Shown here piece after piece: positions 33,709-52,292 of a stretch of DNA of 64,000 nucleotides (the first letter of the stretch is position 1; each line of letters opens with the position of its first letter). The notes under the pieces were generated by a model, which saw nothing but the letters and a program-made list of their open reading frames with translations, searched no databases and was not told where the DNA came from. The stretch comes from the human T2T-CHM13v2.0 reference genome, Homo sapiens. Where the stretch lies: NCBI RefSeq assembly GCF_009914755.1, contig NC_060947.1. One strand, given 5' to 3'. Made by a program: the position numbers and the translations under genes.

Positions 33709-34353
33709 TGTGGACTGAAGCTGGTGGCCTACCCTCAAAGCCCAAAGTGTTTTTACACTAGTCTAAAACCAATTGAATGAACCTCCCTCCACAAGCTGTG
33801 GGAGGGATGAGAGGCTCAAATTGTATTCCTAAGAAGAGGCAAAAGAGAAAGAAAAATAAGGAGCAGTTCCTAACTTTAGGAAGCTAGCCTGGCACTCACA
33901 GCTAGGCCAGGCTATTCTCCTATTGGACACAAACTATTTCATAGAATACCAACCATAGGGTAACTCTGGGACTATGATAAAATGAGACAAAGCAAGACCA
34001 CTTAATTTTGTCTAAGCAGAGACAAAAACAAGGTCACTGTGCCACCCACGACATACAAACACCTCCCCCACCCTGCCCAGGCTATCCTTGTTCTAGTCTC
34101 CCCTCCCTATGGATAAGATTTATTGAACTACCAATCATAAAATTGCCCACATTTTCTGTCAGCATCGGATCTAGAGTAAACCTTATTTTCCTTGGACCCA
34201 CCACCAAATCTTACAACCCAGTGTTTTTTCTAACACCCACTTACTGATACATTCCATGGTTCCCTGAAGCATGTTCTCTCTCACTGCAGTGAAGAATAAA
34301 CCCAACTTCTTCACCTATAGGTATATCTTTGCCTTTGGCTGGAGGCCATTGAC
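33709..34353 (+). mobile_element. Solo LTR, MER21/MER77-like
   Basis: 3' end AATAAACCCAACTT...TTTGGCTGGAGGCCATTGACA; 5' boundary uncertain. Confidence 0.55.
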
Positions 34354-35766
34354 ATGAGAGTTAGAGCAAAGGGGTCTGGCTTGCCCTCAGAGCAAACCCA
34401 GAAGCATCTTTACTATTCTGTCTAATGAAGGTAAGAGAAAGGTATAGGAGAAACTGCAAAATGTCTGAGTCTCCTCTGTGAAATACCAGGAGTGATACAC
34501 CCATGTCCCTGACTTTTTAATGCGCAACAACAGTAGAGACAATTAAAAGGGGCCCAATCTCTGTGTGTGACAGGGGACTGCGGAGAGTCAATAATTTCAC
34601 AGACGTCAAGATTAATGGTGTTGAAAAGTGTTAAAATAAGTCTATACTTACCAGGCATACATAGAAAGTATCTCCTTATTTAGATTTCCTTATAATAGTA
34701 AGTTGTCTGTTTCCCCATATCCTGTCAACTATTGCAACCACAGGGAAAAGCAGGGAACATCTACCCCGTCTTTGGGAGAAAGATTTAACATTAGAGGAGA
34801 GTCCTGTACAGACAGGAAAAGGAAAGAAAAAGCTCATAATTTCTTCCTCAGTTGATTGTAGAGAGGTATGAAACAGAAATATGAAAAGTTGGCACTGCTA
34901 TAAACTTACCTGTCTGGGTCAAGATCTGAAGGAGGAGGCATGTTTAATAGTGGAAGAATAAGTCACAGACAGAACTTCTGCTCCACTTTTGGTTTATATT
35001 TGTGCAAGATCACATCCATCCAACCACCTGGGATGGAAGAGTGGATAGGCAGCAATAAAGAGACAGAGTTAGCATTTCCTAGTCACTCTCAGTTCCCACG
35101 TGGCATGGAGGGGACCAAGAAGTTCTCTCTTGTACTAGAGGTATGAATGTGACCTTTTCAGAGTCTGCCAAAGGGAGAAGCAAAGCCTGTTTCCACATGC
35201 AAGAAAGGCAAAGTCAGCTCTGGGACAAGGGTCTGATCAACCACATCCCATTTTCCTGAATCAGGGCACTGCACTCCAAGCCCAGCCACAATTAGTAATG
35301 CAATCCCATATATATCCAGATGACACTGTGGAAGGGTAGGCAAGAAATATGAAATACAAACTAACACACAGGAACCTGTTATTTCAAAAGGGTGCTTAAA
35401 TTATTAAATAGCACTGAGATTACTGGATTGATTAGAATTGAGAATTTTGTTTCCCTGCAACCTTGTGTAGTGAAAGTAGACTTGAGATTATGAACAGATC
35501 AATTATAAACACTAAGAAAGGTATACTTTCTTTGCACATTTTAGTATAGTCTTAGTAAATCTGCATGCGTGTATAAACATATAGAAATATAATTGTAGAA
35601 AATAAATCAAAACATTAACAGTGCTTATTTTGGGGTAGGTGGGTGGTATATGGATTTTGTGTTTAATTAATGAATTTTTTCAGTATTGCCCAAATGTCCC
35701 CCAATGAACATATTACTTTTATAACAAGAAATACATTAAGTTTTAAACATGAGACACTCTGAAATT

Positions 35767-35781
35767 TTTATTCTTTTTATT
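35767..35781 (-). terminator. Tandem AATAAA polyadenylation signals, probable NAP1L2 3' end
   Basis: tttatt at 35767-35772 and 35776-35781 (AATAAA on minus), ~780 nt after the stop codon. Confidence 0.65.
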
Positions 35782-36551
35782 TTGCAGTGAAAGAACACGA
35801 AATATCTTTTCAAAATGGTAAAGTGATCACTTTCAATGAATGATGTAATAGGAAAAGAGAATTAAACACTGTAATTATGGCTTACACAATTACACAGAAC
35901 AATATGTGCAAACTTTTGAAAATACTGTGACTAACACTTCACCGACAAACAATAACCTCAATATAACTAAGTTTCATTATTTATCACAGTTACATAAAAT
36001 ACAAGAGCCTATGAACAAGCTGTTATTAACAATAAATGTAGTTTTGCCTGAAATTCTTATCTATATGCAGGCCTCTTAAGCATCCAAGTTTTAAATTCTA
36101 CTGCATTGTTATTGCAAAATGAAGCAGGCACAACAAAATTAAATCCACTAGCTAAAGGACTAAGTAAACAAAAATAGAAAAAGAAAAACAACAACAGCGA
36201 AAACCCTTGGGTTGTTTCCCAAGATTTTTTTTCCAAACAAATATTGATCTCACTTAGCATTTCTGATCATTTCATAGCCACAGATTAATAGCTACATGAC
36301 AAAAAGACTTCAGAAGGATTAAGCTACACAACACTATACTAGTGTTTTAAATCATTTACCACAGTGTACATTTCTTGAAAACATTCTACTACTAAAACTC
36401 AAGGTCAAATTAATTAGTTTTTGAACTTTTCTTATATTTTTGAAACATATGTTTTAACTAACACTACAAGAAAAATACAGAACACAAGGCTTCTTATACC
36501 TTGAGTAACTATATCTAGGGCAGTTAATTTCAGGGCCATGTATACTCTGCT

Positions 36552-37934
36552 CTAACGATCAATGTCTTCTACTAATGCCTCAAGGTTTTTGCAACAAGCT
36601 TTAACTTCCTCAATTGCAGCCATCCAATTATCATAAATAATTTTGTCATAAATTGCATCATTAACTTCTCTAACTACCCCCTCCTGCTGAGATTCCAGTG
36701 CATCACCTGAGAAAAATAATACTGATCTTGGAATTATGTAAGTACGTAAATTGTGACCAAGTAAAAAATCATCATTTCCATCCCTTCCATTTGAGGTGAT
36801 TCCATGAGGAGAGAAAAAATTGAAAAATGAATCCTTGGGAAAATCTTCAGTTACAGTTCGGATTGTTCCCCAGATCCGATGTTTCTGTTTCTTCTTGATG
36901 GTTTTCAAAGTGACATTCTTTCCTTCATTCCAATCTATCTCACAGCCTGTGGAATACTCAATCGCAGTTCCCCTATAGGGATGGGGATCATAATATGCTA
37001 GCTTTGACTTCAGCACATAGGTCTTTGTCAACAACTCATTTTTGAAATATTCATTGGGTTTGAAGTGAAATTCTAGTGTGAAACTGAGGGGCTCGCCAGG
37101 ATCTGAAAGCTTAACTTTAATATCTGTCAGGAGCTTCAGAATAGGCTCATCATATTTCTTAATCAAAGGAGTGAGTGTATCAACGTTTTTTAAAACAGTT
37201 AGCCAAAAATCAGGAATTCCCTTAGGATCCTCCTCTTCTTTATTCTCTTCTCCAGTAGCCTCAATGTCGTCCTCCTCCTCCTCCTCCTCCTCCTCTTCCA
37301 CAGCATAATCATAATAATAGTCCTCATAACCATCGTCCTCATCCACATATTCATGTACCATACCCTCCTCATTACCATACATCTCTTCATGACACATTTC
37401 CTCATCATCACAGTCCTCAGAGTCTGATTTATATTCACATTCCTCTTCTGTAGGTTCATAGATTGCATTGATGATCTGACGTCTTTTTTCCAGTAAGGGT
37501 TGGTACATTTCAGCAAACTTTCTTTCAATGTCATGAAATTCCCTCAGGAATTTGGATTCTAAATTGGCCGCTCTAGTTTGAAGCTTTTTAAGGGCTAACA
37601 CACGGTACTTAACTTTCACAGGTAGACTTTCAACAAAGTCTGTATCTAAAACATAACCGATAAGTCCTTTTGGACGGTCTGCCTCTGAGTCCTCATCAGT
37701 ATCGCCACCTTTTTTCCCATCTTCCCCGGACCCAGCAGCAGTATCTTCACCGTTTTCCCCTTCTTCCCCAAGCCCAGCGGCAGCTTCTTCACCGCACTTC
37801 CCATCGTCTCCAAGCCCAGCAGCGGCATCTTCACCGCGCTCCAGATGTTCCCCGAGCCCTTCCACCATTATCTGATTACCAGCCTCTTCTTGACTGGATT
37901 CTGACAGCTCCTTGCGGTTCTCTGACTCGGCCAT
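36552..37934 (-). CDS. NAP1L2: Nucleosome assembly protein 1-like 2 (intronless NAP-family histone chaperone)
   Basis: Intact 460-aa ORF with NAP motifs: FVESLP..RVLALKKLQ, KGIPDFWLTVLKN, FTLEFHFKPNEYFKNELLTKTY, GCEIDWNEGKNVT, DSFFNFF. Length and N-terminus (MAESENRKELSESSQEE) match human NAP1L2 as recalled. Confidence 0.97.
   Translation of the reverse strand: MAESENRKELSESSQEEAGNQIMVEGLGEHLERGEDAAAGLGDDGKCGEEAAAGLGEEGENGEDTAAGSGEDGKKGGDTDEDSEADRPKGLIGYVLDTDFVESLPVKVKYRVLALKKLQTRAANLESKFLREFHDIERKFAEMYQPLLEKRRQIINAIYEPTEEECEYKSDSEDCDDEEMCHEEMYGNEEGMVHEYVDEDDGYEDYYYDYAVEEEEEEEEEDDIEATGEENKEEEDPKGIPDFWLTVLKNVDTLTPLIKKYDEPILKLLTDIKVKLSDPGEPLSFTLEFHFKPNEYFKNELLTKTYVLKSKLAYYDPHPYRGTAIEYSTGCEIDWNEGKNVTLKTIKKKQKHRIWGTIRTVTEDFPKDSFFNFFSPHGITSNGRDGNDDFLLGHNLRTYIIPRSVLFFSGDALESQQEGVVREVNDAIYDKIIYDNWMAAIEEVKACCKNLEALVEDIDR
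37271..37297 (-). repeat. NAP1L2: Coding (GAG)n repeat, poly-Glu tract of NAP1L2
   Basis: cctcctcctc... run encoding EEEEEEEEE. Confidence 0.95.
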
Positions 37935-38340
37935 TTTTCAAAGGACCGTACACGCCTAAGGTGGCTACCACAGAGATCGGGAGACCAAACCTCCACAGGA
38001 AAAGACTCACCGAAATATCAGAAGCGGCGGTGGTCGGACCTAGCAGTGGCGTCCGGACTGAGGGAACGACGATCCAGGCTGCTCGGGGATAAAAGATGGT
38101 GCTGAGGCTTTGAGAACCGGACTGAAGCAGTGGCGACCTGGGCTGGGTGCAGAGGGCGGCGACGGCTGCGTTGACCGATCCTGCAGGAGAGAGCCGGAGA
38201 CTGCAGAGAGCTGCAGTGGGCAGACCTCCTCCGCAAGCAGCTACTGCTGCAAGAAAAAAACGGTGCCGCAGTATGATTACGCAGCTATCACTTGCCTAAA
38301 ATTTCTAGGTGCAAATAGATTGCTGCGTCACCTCCTTCCC
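37935..38340 (-). promoter_or_regulatory. NAP1L2: CpG-rich 5' UTR/promoter of NAP1L2
   Basis: High CpG density at ~37670-38330 versus a CpG-depleted background; CRE-like TGACGCA at 38324-38330; no minus-strand ATG seen in 37935-38340. Confidence 0.7.
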
Positions 38341-39451
38341 TCCCACAACTATGCTCTAATCTCATTTGCTGCAATGTAGTGACTGACAAACCCAGAGCCA
38401 GTAAATTATTAGATCTATCAAGTTTTCAACTCTGCTCACCTTCCCAGGCTCTCTAACATGGCTGATTCATCCACCTCCTCCTCGTCCTCTAGCCCATCTC
38501 CCGCAGAGTTTTCTGGAATCCCATTGCGTTCATTAGTTCATTCATCCAACTTTTAACAGATATTATACTTTTATGCTTTCCAGAGAGCTCAGAGAAAACG
38601 TAACTAAAATGTCGAACAATGAGAGAAGACAAGGCACCCACCCATCCTAAATCAATCTCTTTGATTTTAGATCGGGGACCTGGGGAGGGGAGAGGTGGAT
38701 GGTGGAAGAGCTGATAAACAAACGCTTCAAAGATTAAAAACACCAGGAATTAGCACTGATGGTCTTTAGGTGGCGTGTCAGTTATTTAAATATTCTATAT
38801 TATGTTTGTCGGTATTTTTCACAAGCTATATGATTTTAGGTTGAAAAATTCTCGAAACATTTCCTGTGAGGGGAGGAGGAGGAAGTCCGATGGCAGTGGG
38901 GGCGAATGAGGGCCTGTGATGAAAAACTAGTATGGTGTATACAACTACGTGACAAGTAAACATACCAGACAATTAACCACAATTAACCAGTTGCCTGGCT
39001 TATAAATAACCCCAGTCCCAATACTGACTTTCTGCTTCTCCTTCTTAATGCTGGCTTTAACAGCCGTTAGAAATATACATATATACAAAAGCCAAAATGG
39101 AAAGTTATGTTTATTCTTAGAAATCATAACATTTGCTTGATGCTTTTGAGTTAATTGGAAATAATCTAAATCTCAGCATTAAAGAAATGGTTAAACTATT
39201 TGATAATGTATTTATAGGATGGAAAGCTTTGCAGTAATTAAAATTTCCTCTCTATAGTAATTATTGGTGAGGTTTATTTTGTTCATATTTCTAACTTGGA
39301 TCATTTATTAATTGAACAATTTTTTAAAATTTTAAGTGACTATTATTTTCCAGATTTAAAGAATTTGTTACTATCACAGATATTAAAACTGTTTACATAT
39401 TGTTGTATTTATTTCTAAATTCTGTCAGTTTATAGATAAATTTTTCCTTTA

Positions 39452-39770
39452 AGTGAAAATACCAGATACAAAAGAACAAATATTGTATGATTCTACTTTA
39501 ATTAGGTATCTAGAGCAGTCAAATTCACAGAGACAGAAAGTAGAAACATGGTTTTCAGAGGCTTGGGGTAGGGAGGAAAGGAAGTTATTGTTCAATGTGT
39601 ATGGAGTTTCAGTTCAAGAAAAAGAAAATATTCTGGAGATGTATGGTGATGATGGTTCACAGCAGTGTGATTGTACTTAATGCTCCTGAAATGTAGATTT
39701 AAAAATAGGTAAAATGGTAAATATTATGTTATGTATATTTTATCATAATATAAAGTGTAGAGAAAAATAT
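39452..39770 (+). mobile_element. L1MB 3' end
   Basis: gcagtcaaattcacagagacagaaagtagaa...ctggagatgtatggtgatgatggtt. Confidence 0.8.
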
Positions 39771-39779
39771 TTTAAAGAC

Positions 39780-41942
39780 CATATTCAATATAGTACTGGA
39801 AGTCCTACCCAGAGCAATTTTGCAAGAGAAAAAAATAAAGGACATACATATTGGAAAGGAAGTTGCTAATTTATATCCTTGTTCAAAGAAGACATGATCT
39901 TATATTTAGAAAAACCTAAAGACTCCACAAAAAAACTGTTAGAACTAACAAATTAAGTAAGTTTGCATGAAGCAAAATCAACACACATAAATTAGTAGCA
40001 TTTCTGTACACCAGCAGCAGACAATTTGAAAAAATCAAGAAAACAATCCCATTTACAATAGCTACAAGAAAATAATACATCTAGGAATAAATTTAACCAA
40101 AGAAGTGAAAGATCTACGCAATAAAAACTATAAAAACACTAATGAAAGAGATGAAGAGAACCCCAAAATGGAAAGATATCCTATGCTTATGGATTAGAAG
40201 AATCAATATTGTTAAAATGTTTATACTACCCAAAGAAATCTACATATTCAATGCAATCTCTATCAAAATACCAATGACATTCTTCACAGAAACAGAAAAC
40301 AATATCCTAAAACTTTTATGAAACTACAAAAGATCCCAAATAGCCAAAATGATCCTGAGCAAAAAGGACAAAGCTGGAGGCATCACACTGCCTGATGACA
40401 AAATGTACTACAAAGCTGCATGGTACTGTCATAAATACAGACGCAAAAAACCAATGGAACAGAATAGAGAACCCAGAAATAAACCCACACATTTACAGCC
40501 AACTCATTTGCAACAAAGTCACCGAAAACATACATTAGGGAAATGACAGACTCTTCAATAAATGATGCTGGGAAAGCTGGATATTTGTATGAGAAAGAAT
40601 AAAACTGGACCCCTATCTCTCACCGTATACAGAAATCAAATAAAAATGAACTAAAGACTTAAATGTAAGACCTGAAACTATGAAACTACTAGACAAAACT
40701 GGGAAGATGCTTTAGGACATTGGTCTGAGCAAATATTTTCTTTTTAAGCCCTCGAAAGCACAGGCAACAAAAGCAAAAGTAGACAAATGGGAACACGTTA
40801 AGCTAAAAAGCTTCTGCACAGCAAAGAAAACAATAGGGTAAAGAGACAACTTACAGAATGGGAAAAATATTTTCAAAATATCCATCTGACAAGGGATTAA
40901 TAACCAGAATATATAAGAAACTCAAACAACTCAATGAAAAAAACTCAAATAATTTGATTAAAAAATAGTAAAAAATATGAATACAAATTTCTGAAAAGAA
41001 GATACATGAATGAATGGCCAAGGTATATTAAAAATGATGCTCAATATTTCCAGTCATCAGGGAAATGCAAATCAAAACCACAATGAGATATAATCTCATC
41101 CCAGTTAAAATAACTATTATCAAAAAATAAATAACAAATGCTGGCAAGGATGCAAAGAAAAGGAAACTCATATACACTGTTGAAGGGAATGTAAATTAGT
41201 ACAGCCACTATGGAAAACAGTATGAACATTTCTCAAAAAGCTTAAAATAGAACTACCATATGGTCCAGCAATCCCGCTGCTGCTTACATGTCCAAAAGAA
41301 AGAAAATCTGTATATTGAAAAGATCTCTGCGTTCTCATGTGTATTGCAGCACTATTAACAAGACCCAAGATATGGAATCAACCCATGTCCATCAATAAAA
41401 GAAAAGATAAAGAAAGTATGACATATACACGCAAAGGAATATTATTCAGCTATAAAAGGAATGAAATTCTGTCATTTGCAACAACATGGATGGAACGGCA
41501 GAACATTATGTTAAGTGAAATAAGCCAGGCACAGTAAGATGAATATCACATGTTCTCACTAATATGTGGGAACTAAAAAACTCATCTCATGCATATAGCG
41601 AGTAGAATAATGATTATCAGGCTGGGATGGGTAGAGTGGAGTGAAATGTTAGTTAATGGGTACCAAAATACAGTTAGATAGAAGGAATTAGTTCTAGTGT
41701 TCAACAGCACAGTAGGGTGACTATAGTTCATAATAATTTATTGTATATTTCAATATTGCTATAAAAGAAGATTTTGAATGTTCCCAACACAAAGAAATGA
41801 TAAATACTTATTATTTGTCAGGTGATGGATGTCCTAATTACCCTGATTTGATCAATACACATTTTGTGCATGTATCAAAATATTACATGTATCCCATAGA
41901 TATTTACAATTATTATGAATCAACAACATTTTTAAAAAAAAG
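39780..41942 (+). mobile_element. L1MA-type 3' portion (ORF2 remnant and 3' UTR)
   Basis: ORF2 motifs ([15 protein letters not shown]) and L1MA 3' UTR (cagttagatagaaggaattagttctagtgttc). Confidence 0.85.
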
Positions 41943-41948
41943 AAACTC

Positions 41949-42295
<347 letters not shown>

Positions 42296-42786
42296 TTAGC
42301 AAATGAGTAAATAAATTTAAAAAATCCAAAACTAACAAGCAAAAATGTAAATAATATCTTAAGTAAAATGAGACCTAAGAAAAATGGGTGAAATATATAT
42401 ATGCAAAACACATATATAGATGCAAAACAAATAAATGATTAACATATAAAGAAAATTATCAATGGCTAAAATTAAAATGTCTAACAATTCCAAATTTTGG
42501 CAAAGATGTAGAGCAATTTGGACTCTTAGATATTACTAATGGGAGTGTAAACTGGTATAAAAACTTTAAAAATTGTTTGGCATTATCTATTAAATCTAAA
42601 CACATGCCTCTCCTAGGATTCAGCAATGACCTACTTATGTAAATACACAAAAAGGCTTGTACAATAAAGTTCATGTCAGTTTTATTTGTTTTTAAAATAG
42701 TTCTACTTGGGCTTATTTTGTGTATCATGTAATGCACCCTTTTCAAGTGTGTGAATGAATGATTTTTAAAATTATATTTACCAATT

Positions 42787-44430
42787 GGAGGCAGAGCAAG
42801 ATGGCTAAATAGAACTCTCCAGCAATCAATCCCCCTATGGGAACATTAAACTGAACAACTTTCCACGCATAAAATACCTTTATAAGAAGTAAAAAATCAA
42901 ATGAGATATCAGAGTTTCTGGTTTTCGCATAATAAAAAGAAAAGATGCATTGAAGAGGGAAAGAAGAACAGTCTTGTGTTGCTTACACCCCCATCCCAAT
43001 CCCAGGCAGTGCAGCCCAGAGAGAGAATCTGTACACTCTAGGGAGGGAGTGCAAAGTGAGTGTGGGACTTTGCATTGGAACTCAGTGCTGCCCTATCTCA
43101 TAGTGTCATGGTGGAACACAACACCAGACAAATTTCCACAGGTTCTTCTGGATAGAGCATTTAGACCAGTCCTGAGCCAGAGATGAATCTACTGCCCTAG
43201 TGGGAGGAATTAAAGTCCTGGCCCACTTTATGACTGGCTAACTACAGTGGCCTTGGGCCTCAAATAAATTTCAGTGGCAACCAGGTAACTAGTGACTGAG
43301 ATCCTTGGGCAAGTCTAAGTGTGGTTCTGCAACTGGTCTTAGAGGCTGTAGACTTGGGATGTGACCCAGCACGACACAAGCTGTGGCAACCAAGGGAGTG
43401 CCTGCATCACCTCTCTCCCAACTCCAGACAAGTAATGACAATAGTAAGTCTTTACTTATCAATAATAACATTAAACATTGAAATTTAAAATTTTTCAAAT
43501 AAAAAACATAGTTTCTGAATGGATAACAATCCAGACTGAACTGTATGCTGCCTGCAAGAAACTCATTTTACTTAATCTATAAAGACAAACATAGACTTAA
43601 AGTGAAGGGATAGAAAAAGATATTTTATGCAAATATAAACCATAAAAGAGCAAGAATAGCTATATTTATATCAGATAAAACAGATTTTAAGTCAAAAACT
43701 GTAAAAAGAGAAAGTTCATTATATTATATAATGATAAAGAGGTCAATTCAGCAAGAGGATATAACAATTGTAAACATATATGTGACAAATATTGTAGCAC
43801 CCAAACATATAAGCAAATATTAATATATCTAAAGGGAGAGATATATTGCAATATGATAATAGCAGGACACTTCAACACCTCAGTTTCAATAATGGACCTA
43901 TCACCTAGACAGATAATCAACAAACATTGGACTTAATCTGCACTATAGACCAAATTAATGTAATAGATATTTACAGAATATTGCATCCAATAGCTGCAGA
44001 ATTCACATTCTTTGTAACCGCACATGAAACAACCTTCAGGATGTACCATATGTTAGGCCACAAAACCAGTCCCATCAAATTTTTCAAAAGTCCAAATGGT
44101 ATCAAGTATATTTTTCTGATCACAAGGAAATAAAGCTAGAAATCAATAACAAGTGGAGCTTTGGAAACTATACAAATACATGGAAATTAAACAACATGCT
44201 CCTGAATGACCAATAGGTCAATAAAGAAATTAAGAAGAAAATTTTAAAATTTCTTGATCCAAATGACCATGGAAATGCAACACACCAAAACCTATGGAAT
44301 ACAATTAAAGCAATACTAGGAGATAGCCTAATAATGCATCTTAAAGAACTAGAAAAGCAAGAACAAACCAAACTCAAAATTTGTAGGAAAAAAATAATAA
44401 AGATGAGAGCAGAAATGAATAAAACTGAGA
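42787..44430 (+). mobile_element. Old L1 5' UTR start joined to an ORF2 endonuclease remnant (ORF1 missing)
   Basis: ggaggcagagcaagatggctaaatagaa 5' terminus; jumps at ~43430 to an ORF2-start-like sequence (taatgacaatagtaagtctttacttatcaataataac). Confidence 0.7.
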
Positions 44431-44629
44431 CTAAATTAAATTTACCAAGTTGTACAATTAAAACCATGAATCAGTTTTAGAACACTTTCATCATCTTGAT
44501 ATTATCTTTCATGAATAATTACTGTTACACTTCTTACTTATGCTGTAGGTACCACTAATTCACTTTTTGTCTTATAGTTTTGCCTTTGTGGGTATTTCTT
44601 ATAAATAAAATTATACAACATGTTATCTT

Positions 44630-50728
<6,099 letters not shown>

Positions 50729-51367
50729 TGACTTTGTTCATTGAAAATAAAGATTTTGAGATTTATCTTTGCTGTAGCATGTATCCATAGTTCATTCCTT
50801 TTATGCTGGATAGTATTGAATTATATGAATATACCGCATGTTTATTTTTTCACCAGTTGATGTATATACAGGCTATTTCTAACTTTGGTTACTATGAATT
50901 ACATTGGAATAAACATTTACGTGCAAGTCTTTTTTAATGTTAATCATTCTATTATGTAGGAAATGCTATCTCATTGTGGTTTAATTTGTATTTCACTTAT
51001 AACCATCTGTTCGTATTTTTATTAGCAATTCATATATATTTTGGTATAATGTCTTCAAATCTTTAGCTTATTTTTAATTGGTTTGTCTTTATTATTGAGA
51101 TGTAAGAGTTCTATGCATATACTGCATATAAGTCCCTTTCAGATACACATTTTGCAATATTTTTCACTATGAGGTGGAATGTCTTTTTATGCCTAATAAG
51201 AAGTTGTTTTTGAAGTGCTGAAGTTTTGAATTTTGATGGGATCCATTTTATCATTTTTTCAATGGACTGTGTTTTTATGTCATAACTAAGAAATATCTGC
51301 CTAACCAAGACATTAAATATTTTCTCCTATATATAAATGTGTTAGAGTTTAAATCCTATATTTAGGA

Positions 51368-51571
51368 ACCTGGGCTACATAGCAAGGCCTCATCTCTACT
51401 AAAAGTAATAAAAAAAAAAAAGCAGATGAGGTGGTGTGTACCTGTAGTCCCAGCTACTTGGAAGGCTGAGGCAGGAGGATCACTTGAGCCCAGGAGATTG
51501 AGGCTTCAGTGAGCTATGATTGTGCCACTGCACTCCAACCTGGGCAACACAGCAAGACCCTTCTCAAAAAA
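51368..51571 (+). mobile_element. Truncated AluJ
   Basis: Partial left arm plus right arm with A-tail. Confidence 0.85.
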
Positions 51572-51746
51572 ATACTTATTTGTGGTCTGTAATGTATTTT
51601 GAGTTAATTTTTTGTGTATTGTAAGAGTTACGAGCCTTGGCTTAGCTTTCTGCATGTGGATATCCCTTTGCCCCAAACAGCTTGTTAAAAAGATTATCCT
51701 TTCCTCAATGAATTACCTTGGTACCCTTATCATAAGATCCCTTGAC

Positions 51747-52292
51747 TGTTGTAAAAATGAGTCAAAGACAGCCCCTCTATATTGGTCCCCATGTTGTTTA
51801 CTCCTTCGCAGCACGTTGTTAGCTTAAAGCCTGTCTGCACCAAATTCAAATTATTACACATCCAAAATGTTCTAAACGTAGCCCGAATAAGCATATTATT
51901 GCCTCTTCTACTCCCTGCCTTTGACTCCACAAAAGTGCACCCCACTTCTATTAGCCTTAGATAACACAAACACCGTAACTATAGAAGATCCCAAATCACT
52001 GCTGCCCTTTGGAGCTTTCTGACCCACAGACTTCTCACTTTGCAGCTGAACAACACTGCTTAAAGGCATAAGCTACCTCTCTGAATCACCTGTCTTCTGG
52101 AAATTTCTTCAGCCACTTCACCTTCTTAGTGGAGACCTCATGATATTTCTCATGTATCCTGTGGTAAGGGATTTACTCTTTCATACAAATGGTGCTCTTC
52201 AAGCACCATTTAATAAAGTCTGTTGTACAATGATACTGTTTTGTTGTTTTGTGTTTTTCTTGGTGAGCCTCAATATCTTCAAACTTACCACA
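51747..52292 (+). mobile_element. Solo LTR, MER67-like (ERV1)
   Basis: TGTTGTAAAAATGAGTCAAAGACAGCC...AATAAAG...CTTACCACA termini. Confidence 0.6.

Noticed and set aside
34644-34654. ATACTTACC match to the U1 snRNA 5' end
   Set aside because: Similarity does not extend; it is the complement of a splice-donor motif.
38097-38106. REST/RE1 site in the NAP1L2 5' UTR
   Set aside because: Only the TCAGCACC left half is present; no GGACAG right half at a suitable spacing.
37670-38379. Antisense and overlapping ORFs around the NAP1L2 5' end
   Set aside because: Expected in GC-rich sequence, several with non-ATG starts, no recognisable protein similarity.
38888-38906. CTCF-like motif (ggcagtgggggcg)
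   Set aside because: Spacing does not fit the CCASYAGRKGGC core.
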